A DNA stretch of 63,855 nt, the filler included, from Sanchytrium tribonematis (lineage: Eukaryota), in NCBI GenBank assembly GCA_018985235.1. It is 16 parts of 16 records of this genome, joined end to end, with 100 filler letters (N's around TTAATTAATTAA, not from the genome) between each part and the next. Parts side by side here need not be neighbours in the genome. Positions count along the whole stretch, not along the records: positions 55,363 to 58,130 come from JADGIG010000991.1; positions 58,231 to 60,993 come from JADGIG010000992.1; positions 61,094 to 63,855 come from JADGIG010000993.1; 13 more parts are not named here. One strand, written 5' to 3'. Under the pieces are notes generated by a model that was given only the letters and a program-made list of their open reading frames with translations, had not been told where the DNA came from and did not search any database. Position numbers and translations under genes: made by a program. This document shows positions 57,022-63,855 of this stretch, in pieces; positions within the stretch are counted from its first letter, which is position 1; the number at the start of each line of letters is the position of its first letter.

Positions 57022-57552
57022 TTATTTTAAATTTAATAATCCATCGTAGACGATGATGAAATTAGCAATCCATTCTGATTCATCTTCACAACGCAATGCT
57101 TCTGTATATTCTGCATCAGTAGCCCATGATTTGTAAAATGCACGATATTCATTTTTGACCAAATTTAATGCTTCTTGTTGATATTCCTCATCAATCGTCA
57201 ATTCAATCTGTCTAAAGCACTCATAAAAGATGGCAGGATATTTTAATGGCTCCTCCCCTTCAATATCATCTTTTAATTGAAATTCAATATCAGAAACTGC
57301 TTCTTTTCTTGCTTTTGATAATACAAATACTTTTGTAGTTTCTGCTAATTTATCTGCTGCTTGACGTAGTTCCTCCAAACTAATCATTTGATTAGATGGT
57401 TGTTCTTTCATTAATTCAGATAATGGTTGATATTTAGATTTAATCCGTGGTAATTCACCCAGTCTCTTTATAATAGTTTGATAAGACAAACCAAATGATT
57501 TATGCTCATCAATGATAGGAATTGCAAATAAAGAGAGAAATAGAAACAACAT
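57022..57552 (-). CDS. predicted secreted helical protein
   Basis: Signal MLFLFLSLFAIP; paralogous to the neighbour. Confidence 0.65.
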   Translation of the reverse strand: MLFLFLSLFAIPIIDEHKSFGLSYQTIIKRLGELPRIKSKYQPLSELMKEQPSNQMISLEELRQAADKLAETTKVFVLSKARKEAVSDIEFQLKDDIEGEEPLKYPAIFYECFRQIELTIDEEYQQEALNLVKNEYRAFYKSWATDAEYTEALRCEDESEWIANFIIVYDGLLNLK

Positions 57553-57688
57553 GCAATATTGAAGATGGCAAGTATTTATGTCATAAAATGACGCCATATG
57601 ATGTGGTATGTTGCAATTGAAATGCTCATGGGACCCATTTACAAGTCACGACTCATTATTGCATTTCACAAAGTCAAATTCACTACAT

Positions 57689-58130
57689 TTATTGAGGACC
57701 CACGCCTAATAATTGAGCATATAATCCAAAGAATATATTAATCCAAGTAGATTGCTCATCAATGCCATGAACACCTTGTTCATATTTCTCATCTCCTACA
57801 TATTTACGAATAAAAGGTTGATATTCGTTAGTGACTAAATCTTTGGCTGCTTGTTGAAATCGCAATTCAATCATGTCATCCATTTGATCATATACTGTAT
57901 AAAAGATGGAAATGGGTTTTAATGGGTCTAATGTGGCATCAACACCTTCCCATTCCTTGTTAAATTCATCTAAAATACTTTGTTTGATACTGGTTGATAC
58001 AAATGATTGTGTAGATTTTTGTACTTTTTGAGCCATTTGCAATAATTCAATTCGATCATCGACTTGGTCAGAAATGGATTGGATTTGAGGGATTTGACTG
58101 AATAAATTCTTGGATTTGGTGATGGATTTA
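57689..58130 (-). CDS. tandem paralog of 57022-57552 (5' partial)
   Basis: Shared IFY....Q....I....QQ.A..LV.NEY..F......D..Y...WI..F...Y..LL pattern. Confidence 0.65.
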
Positions 58131-58230
58131 NNNNNNNNNNNNNNNNNNNNNNNNNNNNNNNNNNNNNNNNNNNNTTAATTAATTAANNNNNNNNNNNNNN
58201 NNNNNNNNNNNNNNNNNNNNNNNNNNNNNN

Positions 58231-58803
58231 GAGGCATTGTAAAATGAGATGTTTGGCTTGAAATAGTTGATGATATTTGCTTGTCTCTACTTTTAGTAGT
58301 TTGATATTGAGTTGATAATGAGGTTTGTAAGCTGCTTGTTGTCAACAATTGCTTAATATTTCTTGTTTTGATTAATGGAAAATCATTTGCAAAACTAGAT
58401 GAAACAAGAGGCAAACCGATCAAATTTTCAGTCGAAGAAAAACTCGAATCAGTATTTGGTAATGAATAGAGATTGTTTTGCAAGCAAATGAGTGGGGATG
58501 GTAAATTGGAAGCACCCGCCAATGGATTCTGATCAATACTGCACCTACTTGTCATAATGGCAGAATAATCAATAATATTCAAACCTGTGAATTATTGTTA
58601 TTGATAAACAAAACTTGAGGCTTAAACGCACTAAATTTGCCAGTAAATTGATTCTGAGTCAAATAAATGGATGTTGCGGAGTCTGGCATGATGGGCAAGA
58701 CCCCAGAGAACATGTTATAGTTGACACTGAATTGCTTGAGTAAAGGTGGAAAAGTAGCAATTGATCCAGATAATAAATTGAATCCCAAATACACAATTTG
58801 CAC
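58231..58803 (-). pseudogene. 5'-truncated, frameshifted LRR receptor-like paralog of 59266-60571
   Basis: 1-nt deletion in NNN[x]FTGLNIIDYS near 58590; shares RCSIDQNPL; no N-terminus. Confidence 0.75.
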
Positions 58804-59265
58804 AGATTTTTTATTTATTTATTTAGAGGATGAAACTCTTGAAATGATAGACAATTAAGTCTGGTTTGCCGTTCGCTGATACATTAGTTCGTCATGTAGA
58901 ACATCTAGATAAGTAACAATGTCATTGTAATCCGGTTGAATAAGCATTGAATTTACCCTAAAATTATCCAAGTAATGAGAGCAACATTGGCAGAGGGGTA
59001 TTACTTCAATTTATTTCAGCCCTTTTTTATTTATTGGACCATCAATTGAATATTCTAATTTTCAATCCAATCAAATGATTTTAATGAAAGCCATCAAAAT
59101 TTAGCAAAAACGACGCGAATTGTTACTTAATTTATTGATCAATAGACCCCAATAATTTGGTCTTTTTTCCTTTATTTCTACTAAATGGTGATTTTGTAAA
59201 GATATAAACCACAATTCCAAGATCCAATATAATAATAATAATAATATAATTTATTCTTTGATGGT

Positions 59266-60571
59266 TTATTTGTCAAAACAATGCCCACCAAGATCCAATG
59301 CGACTTTAATCATCAAAGATAATGTTAAATTGATGGAATATTGAGGCATTTGGAAATGTGTTACCAAATGGTTGATTTTGGATGAATTCATAGGTTTGCT
59401 ACTATCCATAATATGAGACTGGATATAAAACGAGGTTTGGGAGAGTCGGGTAAATGTCAAAATTTGTAGATTTCGAGTGACAACTAGATTAATTCGAAAT
59501 ACTTGATTTCTGTGCATCAGTTTCTAGTGCCGTTGTACTTGATTGTGCCAATTTGTTGCTTGATATTTCATAACTCGTTGTTTCTTGCATCGTGAAACTG
59601 GATGAAACAAATGGTAAATTAGTCGATTTCTCAAATGTGCTAAAATATGTAGATTGCAAAGTACTCACACCCAAACTTGTGGTCAATATAGTAGATGTTT
59701 GTACTGCAATTGAATATGTGGTCGAACTAGCAAGTGAGTAAATGCTGTTTTGTGCACAAATACTTGAAGATGGCAAATTGAATGATCCTTTTAAAGGATT
59801 CTGATCAATGCTACATCTACCTTGTAATAATGCAGAATAATCTGTAATATTTAATGCTGTGAATCTGTTGTTGTTGATATACATTGTAATAGGCTTATTT
59901 GCACTAAATGTCCCAGTAAATTGATTTAAAGAGATGTAGATGGTAGTTAGTGTATTTGGCATAATTGGCAAATCACCAAAAAATAAATTGTTGTTGAGAC
60001 TCAATTGAGTGAGAAATGGTGGCAAATTTGTGATTAATCCAGATAATAAATTGGATCCACAATATAATACCACAAATGATGGTGGTAAATTAGGAATATT
60101 ACCAGTAAATTGATTCTGTTCTGCATATATTCGAGTCATTTGATTTGGGATGGTTGTAGGGAGAGGACCTTTAAAATCATTGCCAGTTATATCCAAAACA
60201 CGTAATTGTGGTGAAATGATCCAATTTTCTAAAGACCCACTCAAATGATTGTAAGTGAGAGTCAATGTTCTAAATATATTTGGAAATGACACCAAAATAG
60301 AGCCATTTACAAAATTGTTTGAAATATCCAATCCGGTGAAAGATGTCAAACTCGCTAGATTACCATTCAAACTGCCATTCAAATTGAGATTTGGCCAACT
60401 GATTTGAACCACTCTATTGGTGATGCAACTAATCCCAATTGTAGAACAACAATCCACATTTAATTGATTCCAAATGGTTTTGTTGACAAGGTGTAAATTC
60501 AGATTCTGAGCAAATGGAATGACACTTGAACAGTCTACGGATACGCCATATAGTGTTGCTATCCATAACAT
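59266..60571 (-). CDS. LRR receptor-like protein with one module; 19-nt intron in stalk; TM end possibly frameshifted
   Basis: Signal peptide, cap, LRRs and S/T stalk. Splicing links to the frame of ORF 59266-59517 (FQMPQYSINLTLSLMIKVALD). Confidence 0.8.
59484..59502 (-). other. 19-nt spliceosomal intron (LRR stalk)
   Basis: gtatttcgaattaatctag; contains the in-frame TAA that ends ORF 59489-60571. Confidence 0.8.
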
Positions 60572-61148
60572 GATATGGAGGGTGTTTTTTGTTTTTTATA
60601 TACGAGTTTTGCAAGTGATTGGATCACGCTCAGAATTTACTAATTTCTGTCAAATCAAAATTCAGAGATGAAAGCCATCAAAATCCACGTCAATTTATTA
60701 GTTTAAAAATGGACTCGATGGTGTTCTGTAGTGGCAGACATTCTCAAGGTAAACAGTAAAAGGTATTTATTAATTCTCTTTCTCATTTTTATCTTTGCAC
60801 GGATCACTTTGGCAAATTTGATGATTCCAATCATCAATCCAAGTGATCCACACATCTTTATCTTGCCACTTATTTTCTAAATCGTCATTCTGAGTCATTT
60901 CATTTGACAAATTGCAGTGATTCACTTCCTTCATTTCCAAATCAGAACACTCCCCCTGAATCTCTTCAATTTTAACCAATGAATCAGCGTGTGNNNNNNN
61001 NNNNNNNNNNNNNNNNNNNNNNNNNNNNNNNNNNNNNTTAATTAATTAANNNNNNNNNNNNNNNNNNNNNNNNNNNNNNNNNNNNNNNNNNNNGTAAATT
61101 TAAAATTAAAAAATAAAATGCCCCTTTGAAGTAAAAAATAGAGAGGTC

Positions 61149-61203
61149 TGCGTGATTCGAAATAGTCCCTTATCATCCATTGCGTGATTCGAAAGAGTCC
61201 CTT
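61149..61203. repeat. 23-bp direct repeat x2 (1 mismatch)
   Basis: tgcgtgattcgaaa(t/g)agtccctt at 61149-61171 and 61181-61203, downstream of the integrase-like ORF. Confidence 0.85.
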
Positions 61204-61335
61204 GGAAAATCTCTATTGCTTTAAAAAGAATGTTCGTGCAAAAGTAATTTTATTTATTTATCTGGTTTGTTTTTTCAAACAAATTAGACTCTGCACTCTT
61301 GTTATGGGTTGAAATATTTTGAAGTTTAGAAAACT

Positions 61336-62040
61336 TTAAAAGTAGAACCCCTCAAACAATCTTATATCGTATTTTTTTTTCCAAGAAACAAATCCCTGTA
61401 ATAGTGGATACACTGGTGATTTGTTGGGAATTGGATGTAGCACACAAACACCTGTCACATATTCACGCATCACAACCACGTGGCTGTAGTCCACACCCTT
61501 TTCCTTGACCTCCAATAAATGAATATCACACATGTAATTCACTCTTGTTTTGGGTTTTCTAAGCTGTAGTTTAGCCATAATCGGCTCTCTCTTCTCCACG
61601 CAAAACTGACAATTCTCAATAAATTCTTTAAAATCTTTTTCTTTAGTGCTCCATTTGTACTGTCTAAGCATGATCTTCATTGCATTTCTACCCGAGTGAC
61701 TCAAATGAGCAGATTGAATTAATTGAATCTGTTCATTCCTTCTCCTCTTATTTTGCAATTGATTACAACGTCTACAGAAGAAATCAGATGGCGTATACAT
61801 CCACGCAATACATGACTTATGACTGTATAAACCACAATTAATACACTCAACAACATCATCCTGCTTGAAAATTCCACAATGGCATTTGATCAAATTCGTA
61901 TCCAAAATGACGGACGGAACTGGCACGGATTCTACCACTGGTTCTTTCGCCACAACTGGTTGCTGTACTGTCTGTTCTACTTCCATGTGTTTTGCTGCCT
62001 CTTTCTCTAATCTGGCACGCTTTCTACTTCGAGTTTCCAC
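61336..62040 (-). mobile_element. PHD finger + integrase H2C2 zinc-binding domain + truncated or degenerate integrase core
   Basis: IKCHC...ECINC...HKSC...FFCRRC; AHLSHSGRN...FIENCQFC; CDIH...SHVVVMREYVTG.C.LHPIPNKS. No ATG start. Confidence 0.7.
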
Positions 62041-63720
62041 TTTTTTTTATTAATAAGTAATTTATTGAAATTAGCTATTTTCTTCTTCATTTAAAGCATA
62101 TTGATACCATGTATACATGTTTTGCCATTGATCATCCGTGATCATTCCTATTGTTAATTGAGAAGTAACTTGAAATAACTCTTTTAAAAAGCAGTTTACA
62201 GGTTGTCCGTGAGTATTATGGCATTTGGGACAGTTGTTTAATGGCTTGAATGGAATTTGTTTTTTGATTAATTTGACGGTTGCTTTGGATTTTGAGTTAA
62301 GTTTCAGGAGCTTTTTGGATGCAAAAAAACTGAATTTGACTTTTGGAAAGTATTTGATACCCTTTTGATTCTGATTCTTTCTTTTAATGTTGTGATTTGA
62401 ATATTTCGTGTAAAAATCACGCCAACGATCCTTGAAATCTGTAAAATTAAACATGGCGTGTAAGTCAAAATTATTAGTTGATTGAGCACTGCCAGTGAAT
62501 GACCTGATCTTTCTATTAATAAATGTATTCACCTTATTTGCAAGGTGTCTTTCAGGCATATGAATCTTGATTCCATTCTCTAGAAGGGGAATAATCTTGC
62601 TTGAGAATATTCTAATTAAGCCATTCTCATCTGCAGCACCTTCGAACGTTGAGCAATATCTGAGGTCTTTACATCTTGCTTCTGCAGTATCTAGATTAAT
62701 TTGGATTTGATTTGCACGATTTGCACCTGTTTGACACATAAAATGTCCTAGGACTCTGTCATTATTTTCACCCAGAATTCGGGATTTGTTAGAGTAAGCG
62801 TGAAGAGATAAGTTAATATAGACAAGCTGCTATTAACTTGTTGTTTAATAGACTCAATATCAGTGCGCGGGGCAAGAATATTTATGTCATCTGAGAATTG
62901 GCCAAAAAAGATTGAATGAGTGGATGAGATGGGTTGCAAGGCAATATCTGTGGTTTTAATATAGTAAAGTGCACTTAGTACACTTCCTTGGGCCAGGCCA
63001 ACATTAGTCAGCACTGGAGCAGAATATTGTGGCCCCAGGTGTAAAATCATTTGCTTGTGATTCACTAGTAATTTCATGACATTAGCAACTGCGACATTTG
63101 TCACACATTGATCAATCATCCGTGATACAGCACCTCGACTATATTTTATCAAAAGCCTGGTGCTGATCACATTTGAATGCAATAAAATCGTTTTCACTAT
63201 TTCTCTTTTTAAATTGATTCATATCATACACTAGGTCGTCTCTAGACTTATCAGACTGGTAAGCATACTGTGTGTGTCCATGTAAAAGGGCATTTTGATG
63301 TCTGTTTTTGTATAATCTTTCTAAAACTTTGATTAAGTTTGTAAATAGTCCTAAGGGACGATGTTGGGAAATAAGAGAAGCATTATCTTGTTTGGGTATT
63401 GGATGCGCAATAGATTGAACAGACGAAGTGGGAAGATTCTCAAATTTTTGAATATTATGAAACAGTGCTAGAAGCATTTCTTTTACGAGTGGATCAGCAT
63501 ATTGGATAAGTTCTATAGCCAGCTTGTCTGTTCCTGTAGACTTATTGGTTGCCCTACCTGATATTGCGGTTTCCAATTCAGTATCTGAGAATAATGTCAA
63601 ATCAGGAGGTAGATCAAAATTTGGAGTATAAATCTCATTAATATCTGGGATTGGAATATTGGAGTCAATACATCTGGTACAAATTTCATCACACAACTCA
63701 TCAATATGTCTAAAATTCAA
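62041..63720 (-). mobile_element. degenerate non-LTR (LINE-type) reverse transcriptase ORF with two frameshifts, C-terminal Cys/His knuckle and short A tail
   Basis: STGTD, PIPK, HRPLGL, QYAY, D..QAFDKI, GLAQGSVLS, QFSDDI, RVLG and CPKCHNTH. Frameshifts near 63141 and 62820. AATA8 at 62041-62051. Confidence 0.85.
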
Positions 63721-63855
63721 ATGTGAATTGAAGGAAAATTTCTTTTTCTAACTAAAAAAAGTGATTTTAGTAGATCACTCTCGGAGATCTCATTTCTGAG
63801 ACTGATTGTAATTAGCTATGAAATTTTGAGAATTACCGGAAATAAAGCCGTTTTG

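Noticed and set aside
59228..59250. Short (AAT)n run
   Set aside because: Ordinary microsatellite in AT-rich DNA.
20653..61093. Regularly spaced TTAATTAATTAA flanked by N runs, superficially a repeat array
   Set aside because: Identical 100-nt artificial linkers with six-frame stops. Not biological, and gene adjacency across them is meaningless.
61149..61203. Direct repeat as a possible CRISPR array or tRNA fragment
   Set aside because: Only two copies with a 9-nt spacer, no cas genes, eukaryotic context and no cloverleaf.
62040..62075. 36-nt GC-AG intron that would fuse the RT ORF to the PHD-integrase ORF
   Set aside because: Non-canonical donor and a length unlike the 19-20-nt introns; a LINE poly(A) tail explains the junction more simply.

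Overview
This window is not one locus. It is 16 assembly contigs (one of at least 20.6 kb, then 15 of about 2.8 kb) joined by artificial 100-nt linkers (N44-TTAATTAATTAA-N44). The DNA is AT-rich, gene-dense and eukaryotic, uses the standard code, and looks like an early-diverging fungus or fungus relative: it has a chitin-synthase homolog, complex I subunit NDUFB7, HIRA, MND1, VPS23, RPP30, YEATS2, a CLC channel and a dispersed 5S rRNA. A sanchytrid-like parasite is my inference only. Main finding: ten GT-AG introns found by hand are 19 nt (nine) or 20 nt (one), and all have an A six nucleotides from the 3' end. Splicing them restores conserved motifs, such as the PRL phosphatase HCVAGLGR, the ELMOD GFQGxDPxTDFRG, and the ALDH6, HIRA, YEATS2 and UBC6 C-termini. 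This points to an ultra-short, length-fixed intron system. Other notable items: a single-chain NadR (NMNAT + NR kinase)-PnuC fusion of bacterial type; an expanded family of modular LRR receptor-like proteins, two of which have divergent first modules but a near-identical second module; a secreted protein with three ATG8-interacting-motif-like repeats; probable pseudo-enzymes (chitin synthase, JmjC, CLC with gating E->Q); and decayed hAT, piggyBac, LINE and PHD-integrase elements. All homology calls come from recognising motifs by eye, not from database searches.
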